The notes beneath the pieces were generated by a model, which saw only the letters and a program-made list of their open reading frames with translations, searched no databases and was not told the origin of the DNA. Positions 38,088-64,000 of a DNA stretch of 64,000 bases are shown here, piece by piece. The stretch comes from Gracilinanus agilis. Taxonomy: Eukaryota. Numbering within the stretch: position 1 is the stretch's first letter; the number at the start of each line of letters is the position of its first letter. A program made the position numbers and the translations under genes. The stretch is taken from NCBI RefSeq assembly GCF_016433145.1, contig NC_058133.1, forward strand, positions 188,792,069-188,856,068. Reading direction: 5' to 3'.

Positions 38088-40417
38088 ATGTAGACTTTAG
38101 TTCAAATCTAGCCTCACATATATTAGTTGTGAGCCTGGTGAAGTCATTCAAAACCTCCCAATTTCCTCAATTACAAAATGGAAAAGGGGCAGCTGGGTGG
38201 CCCTGGGTTCAAATTTGGTCTCAGACACTTCCTAGCTGTGTGATCCTGGGCAACAAGTCATTTAACCCCCATTACCTAACTCTTACCACCCTTGGAACCA
38301 ATACATTGTCTGATTCTAGAATGGAAAATTAAGGGTTTAAAAATAAAATAAAATGGAGATACCTCTCAGGGCTGTTGTAAAGATCAAAGAAGATAATGTT
38401 TGTAAAGTGCCTAGTGCAGAGCTTAAGTACACAGCAAATGCTTAATGCTTGTTTTTAACTCCTGGCCCACCCCACCTCCTCTGTACCTTTCAGGAAGGCC
38501 ACATTATTGACAGAAAAGTACTGTGTCTGGTAATAAGTGGTTCTGAGAATGTGCCCTGGGAAGAGATCTAGGAAACAGGCAAACAATGCCTAATGCCTGG
38601 AACCTGTATTTTTCCACAGGTAGGAAGCAAAAACACCCGTCTGAAAATAGCAGCTATGGACTTAAGGAGGAGACAGAGATTTAATGTTTTACATGTTGCA
38701 AAGGACTACAAAGAAGGTAGAAAACCATAGTGGGTAAAGTAAAACAACCTTGGAGTCAGCAAGACATGCTTCAGTCCTGCCTTTGATGCATACTAGAAGA
38801 CAGATTGTAACAGTGTGCCAAGCTGCCTCTCTTGGGAGCTTCCATGCTGAGAATTCCTCTATATGGATGAAGTGATAGGTCTAACCAAAATAGTTTAAAG
38901 ATTGTAGTGTCAGTTCTTCTCAGAGCAATATAGCGACCTTTTGCTATGTGGGATGGGTACCTAGAACTGTGGTTAGCCCAATAAAATTCAGTGGTGTTCA
39001 TTTGTCTGAGATTGTGGGGAGGGTTGTGTGGCAAGCCTTAATTGAGACAGGGCAAATAAAACCAGTGGGTACAGCTGGTGGTGCTAAAGAATAAAATTAT
39101 AAAGAACTATAGTGGCTTTTGGGTGAAATTTAAGGTTTTTTTTGGCGGGGGAGGGAAATAAGCTGATCCAGAGTTGGAGGAGCTGGGGGTAAACAAAGGA
39201 AAGAGAAAGAACAAAGCTAAAAAACTCATCCTACAATGTTTTTGTTTAGATGAAGGCTCAGCTAAAAGGCTAATCAAAGGTAAGTAGGTAGAATCCAGAG
39301 AAAGCCAGCTATGTCAGGCCAAGTGGCTACTGCAAAAATTTTTTCCTGAAAGCAAAAAAAATGGATTTAGAGGACTGAAAGAGGGCTCAGCCCTTTGTAA
39401 GAAGCAACAGCTAAATGGCAACACTGATGAAAAAAGTCTAGAGGAGGGGACCTACACATTGGAAGTAATAACAGTAGAAGCTAAAACCAACAATGCTAAA
39501 TACTTTAAACCTATGCCTAGTTGAAGTTTATTATCATTTAATATATATACAAAGACAAGGCAGGGGCCTGCCCCTACTTTATCTGTACATGTTGTCCTGT
39601 GTCTGGGACAGTACATAACAAATGCTTAATGTTTGTTGAATGAATGCCTGTTAAATCCTCTCTATAGTTTTTGTACTCCAGATTTTTTTGGTGTGTCACC
39701 AAGAGCTGTGCATATCAGCTAAGAGTTGATACATACTACAGGGACTGGATTGTAGGAGAGGGAGAATGGTGGAAGAGGTCTTGCTAGAGAAGAATCTAAA
39801 TACCATGGTATCCTTCCTGGGCCACTGGGGAAATCTGTCCCCTATTTCCTGATGATAGCAGTAAAAAATTAACTTGGGCAGCAAGTGGTAGACTCCCCTT
39901 AAGAGAGCCTATTGTTTGGGGGCCCTACTATGGAGTAGAAACACAATTTGTTATTTAGTTTTTCTTAAACCCCTTACTGTTTTAATAACAACTCTAAGAT
40001 AGAAGGGGGCAAGGGCTAGGCAATAGGAGTTAAATGACTTGACCAGGGTTACAAAGCTAATGAAGTATATGACTCCACATGTGAACCCATGATCTTATGT
40101 CTCTAGGCCTGGTGCTTTCTCCACTATGCCACCTAGATGCCACAAGCACAATTTATTTCTAATCAACATTACTCCAGTATACAACATGGCCCTACTTATC
40201 TGGACATTCTATCTACAAAAGGCAGAGCTTACCGAAGGATGAAGCTGCTTGCTGCAGGGATTAGAATGCCTAATTCTTGTCAAAAATGAGACTTTTTCAA
40301 ATCTGAAATGGAAACGCTAGCTTTCAAGGCCACACTTTCCACTAAAGACTTTGTGAAAGTTTTCACAAAACACTATGATTTTGTTAACAACAAAAGGTTT
40401 CATCCACAACATTTACA

Positions 40418-40423
40418 TTTATT
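40418..40423 (-). terminator. RUNDC1: Probable RUNDC1 polyadenylation signal (3'UTR about 2.1 kb)
   Basis: AATAAA on the minus strand followed by a U/GU-rich element (TTTTGTTGTT). A second AATAAA is at 40152-40157. Confidence 0.5.
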
Positions 40424-40596
40424 GTCACACACACTGGATAAATTAGGATAAAAATCAACATAATTTTAAATAAGAGACATTTGCTGAAAAAATTAAGTTA
40501 AAACACACTGTCTATCTATCCCAGCAGACACAAGATCATCCCACAATTGAACACATGTAAATGAAGACAAAAGCTTTTTTAAACCTCAGAGGCTTG

Positions 40597-40811
40597 GGGG
40601 CAGCTGGGTAGCTCAGTGAATTGAGAGCCAGATCTAGAGATGGGAGGTCCTAGGTTCAAATCTGGCTTCAGACACTTCCCAGCTGTGTGACCCTGGGCAA
40701 GTCACTTGACCCCCATTGCCTAGCCCTCACCACTCTTCTGCCTTGGAGCCAATACACAGTATTGACTCCAAGAGGGAAGGTAAAGGTTTAAAAAAAAAAA
40801 AACAAAAAAAA
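40597..40811 (+). mobile_element. Full-length SINE with TSD AAACCTCAGAGGCTT inside the predicted RUNDC1 3'UTR
   Basis: Complete head-to-A-tail copy with flanking direct repeats. Confidence 0.88.
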
Positions 40812-42484
40812 ACCTCAGAGGCTTGTCCAGAAAGTTGTACATTCACAGCTTTAGGTTATATACTGGCATTTACCACAAGCCAACTTTAAAAAAAAAAAGT
40901 GAAATAAAAAGACTTAAAGATACCAAAGCTTAAATAGGAATATTCTAGAATTAAGATATTCAGCTCCTTCTATTTCACTCTTAGGAACAATCAGCAGATG
41001 AACATCAACACCTCTGACTTACTGCTTTCAGTCAACCTAAAGCTTTCCCTGGAGGGAGACTAGGCTAGTGTCAGTTCTGACTGTTTCTCCTTCATTCCAC
41101 AAGACAGGCTGTATCAAAGTAGCTCCTGAATTAAGGAAAAGTTGATATTGATTATGAATGTTGTATTTTCATATGTATGAGTCTGCCCTGGCATGGGGGC
41201 TTCTGACAGAATAGATCAGTAACAGCACTGCCTCTGCAATACTGGGTTCAAATCCCTAAGGATAAAAGAGTCTTGCTGAAAGGAAGGCAAGTAGGTAGAA
41301 GAAAACACACAGGGCTGGAAAATATTTGTTATGGCACACACTAGCAAAATGTTTGCCCACCAAAATTTAGGCTCTGATCTCTGCAAGAAAAGATGCTTTC
41401 AAACTTTCATTTAAAATAAAAACAAAGAAATGAGACATATGGCTAACTCCCTTACAGCCCTGCCTGGGTTTCTGCCAAAGGGTTCCAGATAATGCAATTT
41501 TTCTTAATTTTTCACTGACTTAGAACACAGGAAAAGTACAGAAACCTCTGGCACAAAGAGCATCTTTAGGTACAAAGTAGAAATGATGGTTGTAAGATGA
41601 CCTGGCCCTGGATCACTCAAACCTGCTTTAAGAACACCACCACCCCCAATGATAAAATGACCAACATTTATATAGTGATTTAGTCTGACAAAGCCCTTAA
41701 CAATCTCTCATTGGACCCTCACAATAACCACCTCCAGGGAGGTAGGTGCTGTTATCCCCATTTTTATAGAAGAGGAAACTGAGGCAGAGAGAGGTTAAGG
41801 TACTAGCTCAGAATCACAGAATGTAAATGGAAAGTTTTGAGTTCAAGTCTTCTTGACTTCTAATCTAGTATTATATGTATTTCCTAGCTGCCTTTGGCCT
41901 CAAAAAGAAAGAAAAGATTAAATGTAAAAGCAAGCTATAACATAGTGATCTAGGAATTCATGTACAATTCTTTATTCTGTTCTATTATGTATGTGGGAAG
42001 TGTTCATCTTATTGCTGATTGGTCAAATCTAAAATTTAAAAAAAGGAGGAGCTTCTCATTTAAGCAACAAAATGTTGGGCTTCTCCCCACCTGAGAGGAA
42101 AGACATCTTTATCAACCCATATTTTCATTACCACTGGACTAACATACACCTAGACTTGCTAAGTTTTTGAAAAGCCCCTATGGGTCAATAGAGCAATTGG
42201 GAAGGTAAAGAGGCCTCTGGAAGAAAGCCCATGCACATCCACATGTGCACACAGGCAGTCACACAACAGGGCAGGACATTTTTAGCCAGGGGTTTTCCAG
42301 TGTGAATTTCTAAGGTGCTAAATGTGGGTAACAGACTTTAGAGGCACTAGGACTGGCCACCTGTGCAAGGCCTAGGGATAACCTGTAACCCAGAAGCTTC
42401 TTCCTCCAACCCCCTCAGCCTCACATGGTAAAGTGGTAACTCATCCCTATGGAGAGGCACTAGTCGGGGGCAAAAGCCTGGTCA

Positions 42485-51300
<8,816 letters not shown>

Positions 51301-52075
51301 TACTTCACACTAAAACCTTCTTTTACTACCCACTCTGGCCTTTTAGAAGAGGTCCTAAAGACATTCCATCTACCGCCTCTGAGCCTTTGTATACAGACTT
51401 CCCAAAACGTGGAATGTACATCCTCTTAGAATCCTTTGCTTCCTTCCTTTAAGGCTCAGTTTTGTGGGATTCTCATAGTTATGTGTTCTTCTAGCCCTTA
51501 ATCTATGCTAAGAGCCTCGAGTTACCAGAAATAGAATTTTTTTCTTGTTCCATTCGTAGTCCTAGATATAAAGACCCGAAAGGCAGATTTTTCCTTTTCT
51601 TCTTTCTTTCTTTTCTCTGTTTCCTTTTTCTGGAGTGCGCATAGTAGGCGCTTAAAGAAAAAAAAAATAAGAACACCTCACACCCCTCCCACATTCTTTG
51701 CAGTAGGAGTGTTCATGGGTGTATATAATGCAAGTGCACATGCCGTTAAATTTTTTTGATAAATTGATTAATTTGCGGAACCTTCCCCCCCTTCTTTTTA
51801 AAAATCATTATTAGGACTCACTCTGTTGGAAAAGGGGAGGGAGTAATACTGTGGGAAATGTAGGTGATGTTAAAACAAAATATGCCAATAAAAATTTGTA
51901 TCTTAGAAAATCAGTGCTTGGTGATTCAGGAAGGCGTGGTAGGGGATAGGAGAGAGCACTCCTGCTCCGCAGATGGCAGTGGGGAGACATTACCTTTCTC
52001 CTCAATATCTAAAACCCTTACCCCTAGGTGGCTGGACGCTAAAGTCCTTTGCTTCCTTGCCTGCTCTTCCCAGGG

Positions 52076-52158
52076 CCATATAAGGAGCAGCAGCTGTTGG
52101 GGGCGGCACCTGGCTCTAAAGATAGCTGGGGAGAGGGGGAAGGGGCTGCATTCAGCTG
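52076..52158 (+). promoter_or_regulatory. PTGES3L: Muscle-type promoter module of PTGES3L (CArG, E-boxes, GC box, MEF2-like site)
   Basis: CCATATAAGG at 52076-52085, CAGCTG at 52091-52096 and 52153-52158, GGGGCGG near 52100, CACCTG at 52107-52112, CTAAAGATAG at 52116-52125. Confidence 0.7.
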
Positions 52159-52186
52159 CACAAAACACGCGGCGACCAGAAGCGCC

Positions 52187-58714
<6,528 letters not shown>

Positions 58715-60589
58715 TATTTCTACTCCCAGGGAGCCCCTTCTCTTAGGCCTTCCACCAGGGATGTGATTTTGGATAGTGTTTCTAAACAGGATGGTAAAGA
58801 GACTGCTGAGGGCCTTTGGTGACTTTTATTATCAGCTTTTAAATTTCTGGATTTTGGCCAATCATTAAGAGTTCTTATATATGTGTAAATGGCAAGGGAA
58901 AAGGCAAAGAGCCAGGTATATTTCACTAAAATTTTTGTAACTTTTTTTTTTATTAGGAACTTAAGCAACATTACAGAAGAGAATGAACATGCAATTTTCA
59001 TCCCTCCATATTTCCTTCCCACCTTTGTAAATCCATGTACATTTTTGAAGAGTTGTAATCATTGTATATTTTGTTTTTGTCTGTTTCTTAACTTAACATG
59101 ATTTCACATATACTATTTGCGTGTTTCAATATACTGTACATAGTTCATAATCATCATATAGTGGAATGAACATTGGATTTAAAGCCAAAAAATTGTGAAG
59201 TCCCACATCTGACATTTACCAACAGTATGACCACTCAATATATCTAAACCTGTTTCATCATCTGCAAAATGGAGTAACAGTAAACTTCCTTTGTCACTAA
59301 GCTGTGAAAAAAGTGCTCTGTAAAGTGCTATCTAAATACAAACTACTGGTATATTAGTTTCCACAGTTTATTGAGCCATTCCCCTATTCTTGCTTATTGG
59401 GGCTGTTTCCAATTTTATAAACAGTGCTATAACCACTTTTGTAAAACAACTATTTTTTCCAGTTATTTCCTTGGAATATATTCTCTTTTGTGGAATCACT
59501 TGATCACAAGATATGTGCAATTTTATAGCTTTTGCTTTTAACAATCCATTTCTCCTTTAGGCCTAAATTTAGGTTCTGAACCTGCAGTGACTTCTCTCCC
59601 AAGTTGAGGGAGGAGGAGACAAAATTTCTAAGGTTACATACCACAGAATAACTTTCCTTGTTGCCTTTGGGCACATGATGAAACACACTCCACCCTCAAG
59701 CTGGAAACCAGCCTTCCACTTAACAGCTTCATGTCTTTTGGTTTATATCTGTAATGACAATGTGCTCTGGGATATCTCAGTTCCTCCAATATTATCAGTT
59801 GGCAAACAAAGATTGCAGACCTAAACAACAGTTAAATTGTCTAGACAGTCAAAGAACTGATTCTTAAAAGTTTCCCTTTCCTACCATTCTGTCACCATAA
59901 CCAAGGAAGTTATGTCTGCTGCCCAGGGCAGAGGGTCATTTTATAAACTTAGGATGATCTTCTTTTGTACTTAGCTGGGCTGGTCCTTAGACAGCAGGTA
60001 TAATTTATCTCTGAGGACATATTTGAAGCCTTTCCAGGTTGGAAGGACTGCCAGAATGTATGTTTATTTGCCCTTAAAAACAAAAACTATAACAACCAAA
60101 AAAACAAGGGTTGGGCAGCCAAGTGGCCTAGAGTTGGGAGGTCTTGGGTTCAAATCTATCCTCAGATACTTCCTAGCTGGATGACCATGGGCAGTCATTT
60201 AACCTCAGTTGCCTAGGCCTTACTACTCTTCTGCCTTGGAATCAAGACAGAAGAGGTAAAAAAACAAAAACAACAACAAAAACCCCCAAACAAACAAGGA
60301 TCATCTCCATACCACCACAAAGCATTTCTCTCAAAACTGGGCTGCTATAATTTTGTATTAATTTTACTCTACCCAGAACATGATGTGGTTATCTGTGAAA
60401 AATGCTATTTGAAGACATTCATTTGGATGAGGTTCATGACTGGCATTAGCCAGATAGTGATCTAGTTCTGAGAAGAGGAATGCTTATTTTTTCAAATAAG
60501 CAAAAAAAAATGAAATACTTATTTTTCAAAGGAAACAACATTTCGGGGAGCATCAATAATGTCAAGAATTCTGCTGGAAGCTGATTCCT

Positions 60590-60870
60590 CCATGGCACCA
60601 CAGTTTAGGAAGGGTATTGATAAGCAGGAGATCTTCCAAAGAGCAAGCATGTCGGTGAAGGGTCTTGAGTCTATGTCATATGAGGATAATTGAAGGAACT
60701 GGAGATGTTTAGCCTGGAAAAGAGAAGAAAGGGGAGAGAAATGGAGAGAGAATGGTACATGATAGCCAAGTTCAAATGTTGGAAGAATATCACTTGAAAG
60801 ACAGATTAGCATTTTCTGTTTATACCCAGGGGCCAGAACCAGGAGCAATGGGTAGAAGTTATAGAGTGGG
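60590..60870 (+). mobile_element. CR1/L3 LINE 3' fragment
   Basis: GAAGGAACTGGAGATGTTTAGCCTGGAAAAGAGAAG ... CAGAACCAGGAGCAATGGG matches the CR1 RT C-terminal region as recalled. Confidence 0.65.
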
Positions 60871-61869
60871 AATGGGGGAAGGGAGCGTCTGGAAGAAGAG
60901 GCTGGACAGGGGCCTAGGTAGAACAGTGGATAGAATGCCAGGCCTGGAACCAGAGGACCTACATTCAAATCTGGCTCAGACACTTCCTAGCTGTGTGACC
61001 CTGGGCCAATCACTTCAACCTAATTACATAGCCTTTACTGTTCTTGTGCTTTAGTATCAATTCTAAGACAGAAAATAAGGTCTCAAAAAAAAATAGAGGC
61101 TGGAAAATCACATTTGTTACTTTTTAATGTGGAGAATCCTTTTTGGAAGTAGGTTGGACTATCTGGCCACTGAGGTCCCCTTCAAGTCAGGCCCCTAGAT
61201 GTTGCATATAAATAAAATCCTGCCTCAGATACTTAGCTGTGACCCCAAGGAAGTCAATTAACCCTAGTCAGTCTCATCTATAAAATGGGAATAATAGTAC
61301 CCAGGTTATAGTGCTAGGAGGATCAAATGAGACAATATACATAAAGGGCTGTGCAAACTTAAAAAGCTACACAAATGCTAATCACTATTTTAATTATGAT
61401 TAGTATTTCAATTCTGACACAGATTCTGTGAAGTTGGTAGAATCAGGAATTTTCCCCATGCTTGGGAATTAATATTCTTAGGCAGTCCTATGTTGGCTCA
61501 GACAGTAATTGGGTTCAGTTGTAATTAATCTATTTACTATCTGCGATTTACTACTCTGGGCCAGTCTGCATCTAAAAATTGAAAAGAATATACCAGACTA
61601 TTTCTAAAGTCTTTTCCTGCTCTAAATTCTAAAATACTGTGAACCAGTGCTAAGAATAGTTCTTTGAAGAACACTCGGTACAAAGGGCTTAAGAGGTCCA
61701 CTTAAGTACTGAAAGTGTTTCCCTCATTTTCATCTTAATTTATATTTTCTAACTTCACTCTACAACAAAAAAAATTTTGATCCTTCTAAAGAAAATTCAA
61801 GTTTAATTTCCCCCGAAGAATGCTGTTGCCATAGCACCTCTCCTTCATTACTATTATTTTTTAAAGAAC

Positions 61870-62060
61870 TAGCTGTAGCCACGTAGTATAGTAGAGAGGG
61901 TTTTGGTCCTGGAGTCAGCAAAGCCTGGGTTCAAATCCAGTCTCAGACATTTGCTAGCTCTCTTACCTGGGCAAATCACTTAACCTCTGACTCAATTTTC
62001 CCACCTGTAAAACCCGAATAATAATAGCACCTGCCTCCTAGGGTTATGGTGAGGAAACAT
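61870..62060 (+). mobile_element. MIR SINE immediately 3' of the TAF9-like gene
   Basis: GGAGTCAG...CCTGGGTTCAAATCC...GGGCAAATCACTTAACCTCTGACTCAATTTTCCCACCTGTAAAA MIR core. Confidence 0.75.
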
Positions 62061-62375
62061 TTTGCAGCCAGCTACTGTGATTTATAATATATGATATTCT
62101 TAAAGTCCTAGTGAAATTTTAGGCTTTAGTTGCTGACTTGCCCAGGAATATTATTGTTGCCTGTATAGCACGAGACTTCTATCTTTATCAATTTAAACCT
62201 GCACCAAGACTTTTAGGTCACCCTATGACGCCTGGGACGCTCCTGCATTATTTAGTACCTTCTAGCTATAGTAAGACTTTTGGGACACCTGCCACAGCCA
62301 GAGTGTCGGAAAGCCGGCACTCCAGTCTAATCTTACATCTTACCTTTGACAAGACACCAGGTCGGCTTCTGTCCT

Positions 62376-63200
62376 TTACAAATTGTCATAGTCGTCATCA
62401 TCTTCGTGTTTCCTTTTCAATGAATTCGAGGACTCAGCAGGGGTGCTCTGCGACGATGAGGAGGAGGAGGACGACGACGACGAAGAAGACGACGACGAAG
62501 ATGACACCATGTTGGTGGTGATGAGGATATTCTTGGACCCGATGAGGGAGGGGTTGATCAGAACATTCTGCACCGAGGGCGCCGCGGGCATCGCGGCCTT
62601 GACCGCGGGGCTCTGGGAGGCCGGGATCTGCACGGTGAACCTCTGCCCGGCCAGGGACAGCGGGGTCGCGACATCAGCGGCCACGGCCACTGCAGGCGCT
62701 GAAGAGGGCGCGCCTAGGGTCGGGGTGCCGGGTCTGCTGCTGACGGCGCCCACGCTGAGTCGGGGCACGGTGATTCTGCCCGCCGCGGAGGGCACTTTTT
62801 TGGGCAGGGACTTCAGCCGGTAGTTGGGTGCCGTTAAGCAGTAGCGGTCTGGCGGGAGTCGAGGGCCCGAGTAGGGCTTGATCAGCGGCAGTGGGGTCTG
62901 GTTCTTCTGCCGGGCTATGTCTAACAGGAAGTCCCTCGGCGGTGGCGCCGTGAACGACTGGTCGGCCCGGCATTGGATGGCCAGCCGCACATCATCAGCA
63001 TCCACGGCTGGTTTCTTGGCGTGGCTCGAATAAATCTTGGCATCGTCCAAAATCGTGGTGACGTAACGGAAGGCGAACTCCAGCATTTGGTTGATGACCC
63101 TTGGTTCGTACTCTGTGATCCCCATATCCTTCAAGATTTGGGCCATCACCTGTGCGTCTTTTGGTGTGCTCTTGGGGGACGCCATCTTGCCCGGCTCCAT
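62376..63200 (-). CDS. TAF9: Intronless TAF9-family protein (TFIID subunit 9, histone-fold), 274 aa, probable retrogene with an 18-Ser insertion
   Basis: [63 protein letters not shown]...[15 protein letters not shown]...[10 protein letters not shown]...[21 protein letters not shown](S18)Q...[14 protein letters not shown]. Single uninterrupted 825-nt ORF. TAF9 versus TAF9B orthology is unresolved. Confidence 0.93.
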   Translation of the reverse strand: MEPGKMASPKSTPKDAQVMAQILKDMGITEYEPRVINQMLEFAFRYVTTILDDAKIYSSHAKKPAVDADDVRLAIQCRADQSFTAPPPRDFLLDIARQKNQTPLPLIKPYSGPRLPPDRYCLTAPNYRLKSLPKKVPSAAGRITVPRLSVGAVSSRPGTPTLGAPSSAPAVAVAADVATPLSLAGQRFTVQIPASQSPAVKAAMPAAPSVQNVLINPSLIGSKNILITTNMVSSSSSSSSSSSSSSSSSSQSTPAESSNSLKRKHEDDDDYDNL

Positions 63201-63443
63201 GATTTCCGGTGTTCGCACTTCACTTCCGATCTCTGAAAGCTTCGCCAAAGGTTATTAAACGACCGGGAAGGAAGAGTCCCCGATTTCCGTTTTCGCTAAT
63301 TTGGCCCACGCCGCCTACCGTCCCTAATCTCTTTTAGGATAGTTTGCCGCCGCAGAGGAAACGCAGGTCTTGCCTAGGGCTTGAGCTCCGCCCTTGCCAG
63401 GTCCTTCTGTTTAGCATTCCGCGCGGCCAGAGAGCCAGCAACC
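63201..63443. promoter_or_regulatory. Compact bidirectional promoter between the TAF9-like gene (-) and AARSD1 (+)
   Basis: 243 nt between divergent ATGs; ETS-type CGGAA(G/A) cores at about 63204, 63223 and 63284; CpG island; no TATA box seen. Confidence 0.75.
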
Positions 63444-63755
63444 ATGGCGTTCCGGTGCCAGCGGGACAGCTATGCTCGAGAGGTGAGACCAGCGGCAGGG
63501 AAGGAAGGCTGGGGTGGGGGTGGGGGTGGGGCTCGAGATAGAGGGGGCAGGGGCGGGGGTGGAGCGTGCAGGCTCGGCCAGCAAGCCCCTCCTTACGGCC
63601 CTCCTTCTGTTCCGCAGTTCAGCACCACGGTGCTTTCTTGCCGCCCTGCGGAGCTGCTGATCGATGGTTCGAGCAACCACAAGAACAAGGAAAAGCTAAG
63701 CGGTTACCTCGTGGTCTTGGAAGATACATTACTTTTCCCCGAGGGCGGGGGCCAG
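63444..63755 (+). CDS. AARSD1: Alanyl-tRNA editing protein Aarsd1 (AlaX), first two coding exons join(63444..63482,63618..63755); continues beyond the window
   Basis: MAFRCQRDSYARE|FSTTVLSCRPAEL...LSGYLVVLEDTLLFPEGGGQ, containing the AlaX/AlaRS FPEGGGQ motif. Kozak ACCATGG; GT-AG junctions. Confidence 0.95.
63511..63531 (+). other. Canonical G-quadruplex motif G4-T-G5-T-G5-T-G4 in AARSD1 intron 1
   Basis: GGGGTGGGGGTGGGGGTGGGG, read directly. Confidence 0.7.
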
Positions 63756-64000
63756 GTGCGAAAGCCCCGCTCCTAGTTTAGACCACGCCTTTGCGCTCTA
63801 GCCACTCTCCCGCAGTTCTTCGCCCAGACCACGCCCCTGCAATAGCCCCGCCCTCAGAGTCACACTTCTTTCCCAGCTCCTCCCTTTGTGTCCCAATATT
63901 GTCTTCAAGCTCATTCTCCACTTCTTTGGGATTATCTCCTGGAGGGCAGGAGAGAAGGCTCCTGCTGAATGGGACATTAGAGATCACTTCTTTTTACTGA

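Noticed and set aside
62443-62823. Plus-strand 126-aa ORF with a long Asp/Glu run
   Set aside because: It is the antisense reading of the TAF9-like poly-Ser codons; no independent evidence of coding.
63201-63248. TTG-started N-terminal extension of the TAF9-like ORF
   Set aside because: Homology begins at MEPGKM (ATG 63200); the upstream bases are ETS-site promoter/UTR sequence.
63618-63638. REST/RE1-like element (TTCAGCACCACGG) at the start of AARSD1 exon 2
   Set aside because: Only the left half-site matches, the right half (ACAGCGCC) is absent, and the bases are explained by the FSTTV codons.

Overview
Marsupial genomic DNA, most likely an opossum (didelphid), judged from abundant MAR1/SINE1_Mdo-type SINEs. 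It is the block syntenic with human 17q21.31 next to BRCA1. Gene order: VAT1 (+, 6 exons, 402 aa), IFI35 (-, 8 predicted coding exons, 320 aa), RPL27 (-, 136 aa), RUNDC1 (-, 611 aa), PTGES3L (+), an intact intronless TAF9-family gene (-, 274 aa), and the first two exons of AARSD1 (+). All predicted junctions are GT-AG with consistent phases. The main novelty is the TAF9-like retrogene, which I do not know from this position in human or mouse. It sits head-to-head with AARSD1 (243 nt between the ATGs, ETS-rich CpG island), lies antisense inside the intron of the potential PTGES3L-AARSD1 read-through transcript, and carries an 18-Ser tract. Other notable points: a SINE inserted exactly at an IFI35 exon/intron junction that duplicated the donor; a predicted extra IFI35 N-terminal exon; nested and inverted solo LTRs around the ISRE/GAS-bearing IFI35 promoter; apparent loss of the PTGES3L stop codon; a CArG/E-box/MEF2-like muscle module at PTGES3L; three RFX X-boxes in VAT1 intron 2; two hAT MITEs (one carrying a CTCF motif); and a 56-nt near-perfect palindrome. 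Orthology calls rest on my recollection of the human proteins; no searches were run.
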